A stretch of DNA of 64,000 nt from Squalus acanthias (taxonomy: Eukaryota). The stretch spans positions 310,001 to 374,000 of the forward strand of contig JASTWF010000277.1 in assembly GCA_030390025.1 (NCBI GenBank), given 5' to 3'. The notes under the pieces are model-generated. The model worked only from the letters and a program-made list of their open reading frames with translations, searched no databases and was not told the DNA's origin. Both the position numbers and the translations under genes were made by a program. Shown here piece after piece: positions 49,037-62,602 of the stretch (position 1 is the first letter of the stretch; each line of letters opens with the position of its first letter).

Positions 49037-52000
49037 CATTCACAGACTCCGAAAGTTCATTTCACAAATCCAGACAGCTCCATTCCTAGACACAGAGAGC
49101 TCCATTCACTGACCCAGGCAGCTCCATTCACAGACACAGACAGCTCCATTCAGAGACCCAGACAGCTCCATTTACAGACTCTCGCAGCTCCATTCACAGA
49201 CCCAGACAACTCCATTTACAGACTCTGACAGGTCAATTCACAGACACAGACAGCTCCATTCAGAGACCCAGACAGCTCCATTTACAGACTCAGACAGCTC
49301 CATTCACAGACCCAGACAGCTCATTCACAGACACAGATAGCTCCATTCACAGACCCAAAGAGCTCCAATCACAGACCCAGACAGCTCCATTCACAGACAC
49401 AGATAGCTCCATTCACAGACTCAGACAGCTCCATTCACAGACACAGATAGCTCCATTCACAGACTCAGACAGCTCAATTCACAGACCCAGACCGCTCCAT
49501 TCACAGACACAAACAGCTCCCTTCACAGACCAAGACAGCTCCATTCAAAGACCCAGATATCTCCATTCACAGACTCAGACAGCTCCATTCACAGACCCAG
49601 ACCGCTCCATTCAAAGACCCAGACAACTCCATTCAGAGACTGAGACAGCTCCATTTACAGACTCTGGCAGCTCCATTTACAGACCCAGACAGCTCCATTT
49701 ACAGACTCAGACAGCTCTATTCACAGACTCAAAAAGTTCATTTCACAGATCCAGACAGCTCCATTCACAGACCCAGACAGATCCATTCACAGACTCAGAC
49801 AGCTCCATTCACAGACCCAGACAACTCCATTCACAAACCCAGACAGCTCCATTTACAGACCAAGACAGCTGCATTTACAAACTCTGACAGCTCATTTCAC
49901 GGACACAGACAGCTCCATTCACAGACCCAGGCAGCTCCATTCACAGACACAGACAGCTCCATTCAGAGACCCAGACAGCTCCATTTACAGACTCTCGCTG
50001 CTCCATTCACAGACCCAGACAGCTCCATTTACAGACTCTGACAGCTCAATTCACAGACACAGACAGCTCCATTCAGAGACCCAGACAGCTCCATTTACCG
50101 ACTCTCGCAGCTCCATTCACAGACCCAGACAGCTCCATTCACAGACCCAGACAGCTCCATTTACAGACTCAGACAGTTCCATTCACAGACCCAGACAACT
50201 CCATTCACAAACCCAGGCAGCACCATTGAAAGACCCAGACAGCTCCATTCACAGACCCAGACAGTTTCTTTCACAGACCCAGACAGCTATATTCACAGAC
50301 CCAAACAGGTACATTTACAGACCCAGACAGCTCCATTCACTGACCCAGACAGCTCCAGTCACAGACCCAGAGAGCCCCATTTACATACCCAGACAGCTCC
50401 ATTCACAGACCAAGACAGCTCCATTCACAGACTCAGACAGCTCCATTCACAGACCCAGACAGCTGATTCAACAGACCCAGACAGCACATTTCACAGATCT
50501 AGACAGCTCCATTCAAAGACACAGACAGTTCATTTCATCGACCAAGACAGCTCCATTTACAGACCCAGACAGCTCCATTCACAGACTCCGAAAGTTCATT
50601 TCACAAATCCAGACAGCTCCATTCCTAGACACAGAGAGCTCCATTCACTGACCCAGGCAGCTCCATTCACAGACACAGACAGCTCCATTCAGAGACCCAG
50701 ACAGCTCCATTTACAGACTCTCGCAGCTCCATTCACAGACCCAGACAACTCCATTTACAGACTCTGACAGGTCAATTCACAGACACAGACAGCTCCATTC
50801 AGAGACCCAGACAGCTCCATTTACAGACTCAGACAGCTCCATTCACAGACCCAGACAGCTCATTCACAGACACAGATAGCTCCATTCACAGACCCAAAGA
50901 GCTCCAATCACAGACCCAGACAGCTCCATTCACAGACACAGATAGCTCCATTCACAGACTCAGACAGCTCCATTCACAGACACAGATAGCTCCATTCACA
51001 GACTCAGACAGCTCAATTCACAGACCCAGACCGCTCCATTCACAGACACAAACAGCTCCCTTCACAGACCAAGACAGCTCCATTCAAAGACCCAGATATC
51101 TCCATTCACAGACTCAGACAGCTCCATTCACAGACCCAGACCGCTCCATTCACAGACCCAGACAACTCCATTCACAGACTGAGACAGCTCCATTTACAGA
51201 CTCTGGCAGCTCCATTTACAGACCCAGACAGCTCCATTTACAGACTCAGACAGCTCTATTCACAGACCCAGACAACTGCATTTACAGACTCTGGCAGCTC
51301 AATTCACAGACACAGACAGCTCTATTCAGAGACCCAGACAGTTCCCTTTACAGACTCTGGCAGCTCAATTCACATACACAGTCAGCTCCATTCAGAGACC
51401 CAGACAGCTCCATTTACAGACTCACGCAGCTCCATTCACAGACCCAGACAGCTCCATTTACAGACTCTCGGAGCTCCATTCACAGACATAGACAGCTCCA
51501 TTCACAGACCCAGACAGCTCCATTCACAGACACAGACAGCTCCATTCACCGACTCAGACAGCTCCATTTCCAGACCCAGACAGCTCCATTTACAGACCCA
51601 GACAGCTCCATTCACAGATCAAGACAGTTCCATTCACAGACTCAGACAGCTTCATTAAAAGACCCAGACAGCACATTTCACAGATCCAGACAGCTCCATT
51701 CAAAGACACAGACAGCTCATTTCATCGACCAAGACAGCTCCATTTACTGACCCAGACAGCTCCATTGAAGATAGTTCTTCGACCTGAAAGGTAAACTCTG
51801 TTTCTATCTCCACGGATTGTGCCTGGCCTGCAGAGTTTTCCAGCGTTTTCTGTTGTTAGATTCATTCACAGATTCAGACAGCTCCATTCACAGACTCAGA
51901 AAGTTAATTTCATTTCAGAGAACTAGATAAAACCATTCACAAACAGACAGTTCCATTCACAGACCCAGACAGCTTAATTCACAGACTCCGAAAGTTCATT

Positions 52001-55000
52001 TCACAGATCCAGACAGCTCCATTCACAGACCAAGACAGATCCATTCACAGACTCAGCTCCATTCACAGACCCTGACAACTCCATTCACAAACCCAGACAG
52101 CTCCATTTACAGACCCAGACAGCTGCATTTACAGACATAGACAGCTCCATTCACAGACACAGACAGCTCCATTCATAGACCCAGACAGCTCCGTTTACAG
52201 ACTCTCGCAGCTCCATTCACAGACATAGACAGCTCCATTCACAGACCCAGACAGCTGAATTTACAGACTCAGACAGCTCCATTCACAGACCCAGACAACT
52301 CCATTCACAAACCCAGGCAGCTCCATTCAAAGACCAAGACAGCTCCTTTCACAGACCCAGACAGCTTCTTTCACAGACCCAGACAGCTCCATTCACAGAC
52401 CCAGACAGCTCCATTCACAGACCCAGACAGCTCCATTTACAGACCCAGACAGTTCCATTCACAGACTCAGACAGCTTCATTAAAAGACCCAGACAGCACA
52501 TTTCACAGATCCAGACAGCTCCATTCAAAGACACAGACAGCTCATTTCATCGACCAAACAGCTCCATTCACAGACCCAGACAGCTCCATTGACGATAGGC
52601 CTTCGACCGGAAACGTTAACTCTGTTTCTCTCTCCACGGATTGTGCCTGGCTGCAGAGTTTTCCAGCGTTTTCTGTTGTTAGATTCATTCACAGATTCAG
52701 ACAGCTCCATTTACAGACCCAGACAGTTCCATTCACAGACTCAGACAGCTTCATTAAAAGACCCAGACAGCACATTTCACAGATCCAGACAGCTCCATTC
52801 AAAGACACAGACAGCTCATTTCATCGACCAAAACAGCTCCATTCACAGACCCAGACAGCTCCATTGACGATAGGCCTTCGACCGGAAACGTTAACTCTGT
52901 TTCTCTCTCCACGGATTGTGCCTGGCCTGCAGAGTTTTCCAGCGTTTTCTGTTGTTAGATTCATTCACAGATTCAGACAGCTCCATTCACAGACTCAGAA
53001 ATTTCATTTCAGAGAACTAGATAAAACCATTCACAGACACAATCAGTTCCATTCACAGACCCAGACAGCTTAATTCACAGACTCCGAAAGTTCATTTCAC
53101 AGATCCAGACAGCTCCATTCACAGACCAAGACAGATCCATTCACAGACTCAGCTCCATTCACAGACCCAGACAACTCCATTCACAAACCCAGACAGCTCC
53201 ATTTACAGACCCAGACAGCTGCATTTACAGACATAGACAGCTCCATTCACAGACACAGACAGCTCCATTCAGAGACCCAGACAGCTCCGTTTACAGACTC
53301 TAGCAGCTCCATTCACAGACATAGACAGCTCCATTCACAGACCCAGACAGCTCAATTTACAGACTCAGACAGCTCCATTCACAGACCCAGACAACTCCAT
53401 TCACAAACCCAGGCAGCTCCATTCAAAGACCAAGACAGCTCCTTTCACAGACCAAGACAGCTCCTTTCACAGACCAAGACAGCTCCTTTCACAGACCCAG
53501 ACAGCTTCTTTCACAGACCCAGACAGCTTCATTCACAGACCCAGACAGCTCCATTCACAGACCCAGACAGCTCCATTCATGACACAGACAGCTCCATTCA
53601 CAGACCCATGCAGCTCCATTCACAGACCCAGACAGCTCCATTCAAAGACCAAGACAGCTCCTTTCACAGACCCAGACAGCTTCTTTCACAGACCCAGACA
53701 GCTTCATTCACAGACCCAGACAGCTCCATTCACAGACCCAGACAGCTCCATTCATGACACAGACAGCTCCATTCACAGACCCATGCAGCTCCATTCACAG
53801 ACCCAGACAGCTCCATTCACAGACCCAGACAGCTCCATTCACGATAGGTCTTCGACCTGAAACGTTAACTCTGTTTCTCTCTCCACGGATTGTGCCTGGC
53901 CTGCAGAGTTTTCCAGCGTTTTCTGTTGTTAGATTCATTCACAGACTCAGACAGCTCCATTCACAGACCCAGACAACTCCATTCACAGACTGAGACAGCT
54001 CCATTTACAGACTCTGGCAGCTCCATTAACAGACACAGACAGCTCCATTTACAGACCCAGACAGCTCCATTTACAGACTCAGACAGCTCTATTCACAGAC
54101 CCAGACAACTGCATTTACAGACTCTGGCAGCTCAATTCACAGACACAGACAGCTCTATTCAGAGACCCAGACAGTTCCCTTTACAGACTCTGGCAGCTCA
54201 ATTCACATACACAGTCAGCTCCATTCAGAGACCCAGACAGCTCCATTTACAGACTCACGCAGCTCCATTCACAGACCCAGACAGCTCCATTTACAGACCC
54301 AGACAGCTCCATTCACAGATCAAGACAGTTCCATTCACAGACTCAGACAGCTTCATTAAAAGACCCAGACAGCACATTTCACAGATCCAGACAGCTCCAT
54401 TCAAAGACACAGACAGCTCATTTCATCGACCAAGACAGCTCCATTTACTGACCCAGACAGCTCCATTGAAGATAGTTCTTCGACCTGAATGGTAAACTCT
54501 GTTTCTATCTCCACGGATTGTGCCTGGCCTGCAGAGTTTTCCAGCGTTTTCTGTTGTTAGATTCATTCACAGATTCAGACAGCTCCATTCACAGACTCAG
54601 AAATTTCATTTCAGAGAACTAGATAAAACCATTCACAAACAGACAGTTCCATTCACAGACCCAGACAGCTTAATTCACAGACTCCGAAAGTTCATTTCAC
54701 AGATCCAGACAGCTCCATTCACAGACCAAGACAGATCCATTCACAGACTCAGCTCCATTCACAGAACCTGACAACTCCATTCACAAACCCAGACAGCTCC
54801 ATTTACAGACCCAGACAGCTGCATTTACAGACATAGACAGCTCCATTCACAGACACAGACAGCTCCATTCATAGACCCAGACAGCTCCGTTTACAGACTC
54901 TCGCAGCTCCATTCACAGACATAGACAGCTCCATTCACAGACCCAGACAGCTGAATTTACAGACTCAGACAGCTCCATTCACAGACCCAGACAACTCCAT

Positions 55001-58000
55001 TCACAAACCCAGGCAGCTCCATTCAAAGACCAAGACAGCTCCTTTCACAGACCCAGACAGCTTCTTTCACAGACCCAGACAGCTCCATTCACAGACCCAG
55101 ACAGCTCCATTCACAGACCCAGACAGCTCCATTCATGACACAGACAGCTCCATTCACAGACCCATGCAGCTCCATTCACAGACCCAGACAGCTCCATTCA
55201 CAGACTCAGACAGCTCCATTTCCAGACCCAGACAGCTCCATTTACAGACCCAGACAGTTCCATTCACAGACTCAGACAGCTTCATTAAAAGACCCAGATA
55301 GCACATTTCACAGATCCAGACAGCTCCATTCAAAGACACAGACAGCTCATTTCATCGACCAAAACAGCTCCATTTACAGACCCAGACAGCTCCATTGACG
55401 ATAGGCCTTCGACCGGAAACGTTAACTCTGTTTCTCTCTCCACGGATTGTGCCTGGCCTGCAGAGTTTTCCAGCGTTTTCTGTTGTTAGATTCATTCACA
55501 GATTCAGACAGCTCCATTCACAGACTCAGAAATTTCATTTCAGAGAACTAGATAAAACCATTCACAGACACAGACAGTTCCATTCACAGACCCAGACAGC
55601 TTAATTCACAGACTCCGAAAGTTCATTTCACAGATCCAGACAGCTCCATTCACAGACCAAGACAGATCCATTCACAGACTCAGCTCCATTCACAGACCCA
55701 GACAACTCCATTCACAAACCCAGACAGCTCCATTTACAGACCCAGACAGCTGCATTTACAGACATAGACAGCTCCATTCACAGACACAGACAGCTCCATT
55801 CAGAGACCCAGACAGCTCCGTTTACAGACTCTAGCAGCTCCATTCACAGACATAGACAGCTCCATTCACAGACCCAGACAGCTCAATTTACAGACTCAGA
55901 CAGCTCCATTCACAGACCCAGACAACTCCATTCACAAACCCAGGCAGCTCCATTCAAAGACCAAGACAGCTCCTTTCACAGACCCAGACAGCTTCTTTCA
56001 CAGACCCAGACAGCTTCATTCACAGACCCAGACAGCTCCATTCACAGACCCAGACAGCTCCATTCATGACACAGACAGCTCCATTCACAGACCCATGCAG
56101 CTCCATTCACAGACCCAGACAGCTCCATTCACAGACTCGGACAGCTCAATTCACAGACCCAGGCAGCTCCATTCACAGACTCAGAATGTTCATTTCACAG
56201 AACCAGACAGATCATTTCACAGACCCAGATAGCTCATTTCACAGACCCAGACAGCTCCATTCACAGACGCATTCACTGACCAAGACAGCTCCTTCCACAG
56301 ACGCAGACAGTTCCATTCACAGACCAAGACAGCTCCATTCACAGACGCCGAAAGATCATTTCACAGATCCAGACAGCTCCATTCACAGACCCAGACAGAT
56401 CCATTGACATACTCAGACAGATCCATTGACAGACTCAGACAGATCCATTCACAGAGCCAGACAGCTCCATTCAGAGACTCAGACAGCTCCATTCACAGAC
56501 CCAGACAGCTCCAGTCACAGACCCAGACAGCTCCATTCACCAACCCAGACAGCTCCATTCACAGACCCAGACAGCTCCAGTCACAGACCCAGACAGCTCC
56601 AATCACAGACCGAGACATCTCCATTCACAGATCCAGACATCACCATTCACAGATCAGACAACTCATTTCACAGACTCAGACAGCTTCAATCACAGACCCA
56701 GACAACTCCATTCACAGACTCAGACAGTTCCATTCACAGACCCAGACAGCACATTTCACAGATCCAGACAGCTCCATTCACAGATTCAGACAGCTCATTT
56801 CACAGATTCAGACAGCTCATTTCACAGACCCAGACAGCTCCATTCACAGACACAGGCAGTTCCATTCACAGGCCCAGACAGCTCCTTTCACTGACACAGA
56901 CAGCACATTTCACAGACCCAGACAACTTATTAATAGACACAGACAGCTCTATTCACAGACTCAGACAGCTCAATTCACAGACCCAGACAGCACCATTCAC
57001 AGACCCAGACAGCTCCATTCAGAGTCCCAGACTGCTCAATTCACAGACCCAGACAGCACCATTCACAGACCCAGACAGCTCCATTCACAGACCCAGAGAG
57101 CTCCATTTACAGACTCAGACAGCTCCATTCACAGACCCAGACAGCTCAATTCACAGACACAGACAGATCCATTCACAGACCGAGACAGCTCCATTTGCAG
57201 ACTCAGACAGCTCCATTCACAGACTCAGACAGCTCCATTCACAGAAACAGACAGCTCCATTCACAGTCTCAGAAAGCTAATTTCACAGACCCAGACAGCT
57301 GCATTCACAGACTCAGACAGCTCCATTCACAGTCTCCGAAACTTAATTTCACAGATCCAGACAGCTCCATTCACAGATCCAGACAGATCCATTCACAGAC
57401 CCAGACTGCTACATTCAGAGAAACAGACAGCAACATTCACAGACATGGAAAGCTGATTTCAAAAACACAGACAGCTCATTTCACAAACTCAGAAAGTTCA
57501 TTTAACAGACCCAGACAGCTCCATTCATGACACAGACAATTAATTTCACAGACCTGTACAGCTCCAATCGGAGACTCAGTCATCTAAATTCACAGACCCA
57601 GTCATCTCCATTCACAGACCCAGACAGCTCCATTCACAGACCCAGACAGTTCCATTCACAGACTCAGAATGTTCATTTCACAGAACCAGACAGATAATTT
57701 CACAGACCCAGACAGCTCATTTCACAGACCCAGACAGCTCCATTCACAGACTCTGACAGCTCCATTCACAGACCCAGACAGCTCATTTCACAGACCCAGA
57801 CAGCTCATTTCACAGACCCACGCAGCTCCATTCAAAGACCCAGACAGCTCCATTCACAGATTCAGACAGCTCAATTCACAGACCCAGACAGCTCCATTCA
57901 CAGACCCAGACAGCTCCATTCACAGACTCAGACAGCTCAATTCACAGACCCAGGCAGCTCCATTCACAGACCCAGACAGCTCCATTCACAGACCCAGACA

Positions 58001-58350
58001 GCTCCATTCACAGACCCAGACAGCTCCATTCACAGACCCAGACAGCTCCATTCACAGACCCAGACAGCTCCATTCACAGACCCAGGCAGCTCCATTTTCA
58101 GACCCAGACAGCTCCATTCACAGACCCAGACAGCTCCATTCACAGACCCAGACAGCTCCATTCACAGACCCAGACAGCTCCATTCACAGACCCAGACAGC
58201 TCCATTCACAGACCCAGACAGCTCCATTCACAGACCCAGACTGCTCCATTCACAGACCCAGACAAATCCATTCACAGACTCAGACAGCAACATTCACCGA
58301 CATTGAAAGCTGATCACAAAAACACAGACAGCTCATTTCCCAAATTCATT
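49037..58350. repeat. 22-bp satellite array (~9.3 kb) with higher-order structure
   Basis: Unit CACAGACCCAGACAGCTCCATT; the variant block at 49037 recurs at 50577; six embedded ~95-bp non-satellite blocks. Confidence 0.97.
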
Positions 58351-58359
58351 AAGTTCATT

Positions 58360-58825
58360 TCAACAAAAATCATATTTTTAAAATAACTATAAATTCCATA
58401 AAATCACTATTTTAAACAATAATTTGAACATTTCAAAAAAATAATTACAGTTTTTAACGTGGCTAAAAATAAACTTAGCTTTCTTTAAAGTATTTAAAAA
58501 TAATAAATCTGTGGAAAAAATGTTTTAATTTTACTTAATTCACCACTTATCTTGTTAAAAGCAGGCCTTGCGCCTGCTTTTTGCCGCGCAGCTGCCAGGG
58601 ACCTACCCGCAGGGAGAAACCTGTAAAAAAAAGCCGAGTGTTCGCTACGTTCGCGCTGCCTCTCCCGGCCCACGCGGTTGACCCGCGAACCACTTCCTTC
58701 ACAAGACCGGAAGTTCCGGTTTCCCGTGCATGCGCAGTGCATGCGCGAAACCGGCACTTCCGGTGCCCCTACGGGTGAGTACACAGCGTGTACTCACCCG
58801 TGGGGACCCAAATTTCTGGGCTTTA
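58360..58825. mobile_element. Right half of a Harbinger-type MITE
   Basis: AT-rich centre, aaaaataaactta motif and a GC-rich arm like those at 3230-3547 and 40890-41235. Confidence 0.65.
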
Positions 58826-58849
58826 GTGTACAGTGCACAGTCCTCGACT

Positions 58850-59762
58850 CCATATCACACTTGGTGTACTTTGCACAGTTCAGGTCTCCATGTCACACTT
58901 AGAGTACTGTGCACAGATCTGGTTTCCATATCACACTTAATGTACTGTGCACAAATCTGGTCTCCATATCACACTTAGATTACTGTGCAAAGTTATTGTC
59001 TCCATATCACACTTAAAATACTGAGCACAAATCTGGTCTCCATATCAAACTTAGATTACTGTGCACAATTCTGGTCGTCATATCACACTTAGAGTACTGT
59101 GCACAGTTCTGGTCTCCATATCACACTTAGAATACTGTACATGATCCTGGTCTCCACATCACACTTCGAATACTGTGCAGAGTCCTGGTCTCCATATCAC
59201 ACTTCGAATACTGTGCAGAGTCCTGGTCTCCATATCACACTTCGAATACTGTGCAGAGTCCTGGTCTCCATATCACACTGTGAATACTGTGCAGAGTCCT
59301 GGTCTCCATATCACACTTCGAATACTGTGCAGAGTCCTGGTCTACATATCACACTTCGAATACTGTTCAGAGTCCTGGTCTCCATATCACACTTCGAATA
59401 CTGTGCAGAGTCCTGGTCTCCATATCACACTGTGAATACTGTGCAGTGTCCTGGTCTCCATATCACACTTAGAATACTGTGCAGAATCCTGGTCTCCATA
59501 TCACACTTAGAATACTGTGCAGAGTCCTAGTGTCTAAATCACACTTAGAATACTGTGCAGAGTCCTGGTCTCCAAATCACACTTAGAATACTGTGCAGAG
59601 TCCTGCTCTCGATATCTCACTTAGAATACTGTGCAGAGTCGTGGTCTCCATATCACACTTAGAATACTGTGCAGAGTCCTGGTCTCCATATCATACTTAG
59701 AATACTGTGCAGAATCCTTGTCTCCATTTCACACTTAGAATACTGTGCAGTGTTCTGGTCTC
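58850..59762. repeat. 38-bp minisatellite derived from CR1 ORF2 (~24 copies)
   Basis: Unit CACACTTAGAATACTGTGCAGAGTCCTGGTCTCCATAT; it translates as HLEYCAESWSPY versus CR1 HLEYCAQFWSPY. Confidence 0.9.
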
Positions 59763-59877
59763 TGGAAATGCCAGGTTAGTGTGAGCCTGTCAGTAAAGGA
59801 CCTGTTTAAATATAAGGACACTATGCATTTCTTAGTCATTTATTTCGCAATGAATGTCAATAACATGTCTTCCCTAA

Positions 59878-60186
59878 ATGACTCCATCCATCCAACTGTT
59901 ATCCTCACGGGGAGTGCCAGGGACCAAATCACCAGCAGCAAATATGCAACCGTCGTGTGTTCAATCATGGATTTCCGTCCAGAGTCACTGACCGTGAATT
60001 GGCTGAAGAATGGACAACTCATGCATTCGGGCTTCGTCACCTCTCCCGTCTCTGAAGTGAACGGGATCTTCTCGGCGATCAGTCTGCTGACAGTGCCCGC
60101 CGGGGATTGGTTCACCGGCTCGGTCTACACCTGCCAGGTCACTCATGATGGGGTCACCCAAAGCTGAAACATCGTCAGCTCTCAGG
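59878..60186 (+). pseudogene. IGHM: IgM heavy-chain constant exon Cmu2 (pseudogene)
   Basis: [56 protein letters not shown] matches shark IgM CH2 as recalled. TGA at 60165, GT donor at 60187, and the acceptor reads AA instead of AG. Confidence 0.88.
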
Positions 60187-60489
60187 GTAAGAGACACAGA
60201 CCCTGGAAGTTCCAGACCGTGTCGAGTGCCGATCTGAGTCAGGATTTTATTGGAATAAGTCCAAAGCACAGCACACTGTCTAATTTACAATCAAGCAGTT
60301 TGGTGTTTTCTTCCCATGTAAGTGGGATTCCTCACGGTTCAGAATTCCAAAACTTCGCCTGTAAAGAAGGATTCCCTCAGCTGTAATGTCAGACAGTGAG
60401 TGAGGTGTCCTTGGTCTCAGGTTTATCCTGAGTTCGCTCTGTTTCTAATGGACAATCGGGCAGTTTGTGTGTCCTTCCGAAGTAAAAGA

Positions 60490-60906
60490 AAATAAAAAAT
60501 TGGCTTTATACAGCGCCTTTTGGGGCCTCAGACTGTCCGAAACCGCTTGACAGACAATGAAATACGTTTGAAATGTGGCCACTTTTGTAATGTTCAAAAA
60601 GCGGCAGACAATTTGTGCACAGCAAGCTCCCATAAACAGCAATGTGATAATGACCAGATTTTTTTTTGTTTAGTGATATTTGTTGAGGAGTAAATATTTG
60701 CCACGGCACCGGGAGAACTCCCTGCTTTTCTTTGAAATGGTGCCATGGGATCTCTTAAGTCCAATTGAGAGGGCAGACGGTTCCTCGGTTTAACACCTCA
60801 TCCGAAAGACAGGCTCGCCCTCCTTCAGTACTGCATTGGGACTGTCAGCTTCCATTCTGTGTTCAAGTTTCTGGAGGAGGACTTGAACCCACCATCTTCT
60901 GAATTA
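60490..60906 (-). mobile_element. tRNA-derived SINE (DeuSINE/SacSINE1-like)
   Basis: B-box-like gacttgaaccc head, ctcatccgaaagac core and tttatacagcgccttt tail. Confidence 0.7.
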
Positions 60907-61109
60907 GGATTCCTCACGGTTCAGGATGTATTAACCTCGCCAAAGAAGGTTTCCCTCTGCTATGATGTCAGACAGTGAGTGAGGTGTCCTTGGGCTCAGG
61001 TTTACCCTGAGTTGGCAGATCATTTCCGAGCGGCAGTAGGTGTCTGGAGGCCTTTACTGGTAACTGTCCATGTACCCACTGCTAGAAAGGACATCTACCC
61101 TATTTAGAG

Positions 61110-61610
61110 AACTGCGTTCAATTCTGGGCTCTTGGAGCGGGTTCAGTGCAGATTTACCCAGAACGATACGGGGTTAAAAGTTTAAATTATGAGGACAGGT
61201 TGCACTGAATAGGCTTGTATAGCTTTGAGTATAGAAGATTAAGGGGTGAACTAATTAAGATAATTTTTGTAATCAGTAGTTAGATAGAGTTAAAGTATTT
61301 CCTCTGCTGGGGAGTCCAGAACAAGCGGGAATAACCTTAAAATCAGAGCTAGGCCGTTCAGGGGTGATGTCAGGCACCACTTCTTTGTGCAAAGGACTGT
61401 GGGAATCTGGAACTCTCAAAAAGCTGTTGAAGATGGGCGTCAATTGAAAATGTCAAAACTGAGATTGCAGATTTTTGTTAGGCAAGAGTATCAAGGGTTA
61501 CAGAAACAATGCAGGTAGATGGTTTTGAGCTCCAGATCAGCCATGATCTCTTGAATGCCGGGACAGGCTGGATGGGTTTAATGGCCCCCTCCTGTTCCTG
61601 TGTTGCTATT
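61110..61610 (+). mobile_element. Degenerate CR1 3' fragment
   Basis: ORF2 C-terminal remnant and gatcagccatgatc 3'UTR. Confidence 0.7.
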
Positions 61611-62293
61611 GCTGCCCTGAGGTCATATTTCATTCCGACTATCTCTCACCAGGCATGAGAAATGCTCACTATGACAGAAATTAAGAAACTACCTCACACC
61701 GGCATTACAAATTATTCCCCACGAAAAAGACCCCTTCAGAATTCCAATCACCCGACCTTTCACTTCTTCTCTGACTATTTCTTGCACATTTTCATCGCCC
61801 CAAAAATCGCAACAAGAGACCAAAAAAATCACGTTTTTCCTGTTGCACCTAAAATCCTGAATTTTGTTGGCACTCGTTTTGAACCAGTGTGATTTTCGTG
61901 TAGAGCTCTTGACCTGGGGGCGGGGCCATTATAATGAGCGGAGATGTATTCGGGCACCAGGATCTATAAACGAGCGTAAAGGAGCAAGAGATTTCGGGAA
62001 GAGCGCTATTCTGTGCGTAAAACAATTGCGCCCGAATTTATTCATTGTTTAACGCCGGGTATTTGCTTCACAGCCCATTACAGGAAGTTCTGGGTGCAAA
62101 AGAACAGGAAATGTTAAAGAGTCTCCCGGAATCGTTGCCAATTCATTGTCCTTCTATTAACGATGGTGCTTAAGCTACAGCGAGATGTTGATATCTCAAA
62201 GGAGATTTAGTAGCTTTGAGACAGTAATGGCTGAATACTGGTGTCCGGATTCTGAAGATGAGGCATTGCTTGACTTTCATTTCTGTTTCACAG

Positions 62294-62602
62294 ATCCTTC
62301 CTCAAGCAACGGTCCAGTGATTACACTTCGGCAACCGTCATTAGAACAGGTCTTACTGGAGGCGACGGTGACCTTAACCTGCGTCGTGTCCAAGGCTCCT
62401 GATGGAGTCACCGTGACCTGGACCCGAGAAAAGGAGATTCTGAAATGAGACAGTGCCGTTCAACCCGGAGAGGATCCCAACAGCGTGATCAGCAACATCA
62501 ACATCTCGACACAAGCCTGGCTGAGTGGGGATGAGTTCTACTGCGTGGTGAGCCATCAGGATATTCCGAGTGCGATAAGAGATTCCATCCAGAAGGAAAC
62601 AG
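62294..62602 (+). pseudogene. IGHM: IgM heavy-chain constant exon Cmu3 (pseudogene)
   Basis: cag|AT acceptor; [73 protein letters not shown]; G|gtgag donor; TGA at 62446. Confidence 0.92.

Noticed and set aside
47079-58313. Long ORFs (677, 547, 350 aa etc.)
   Set aside because: These are translations of satellite DNA and of the N gap.
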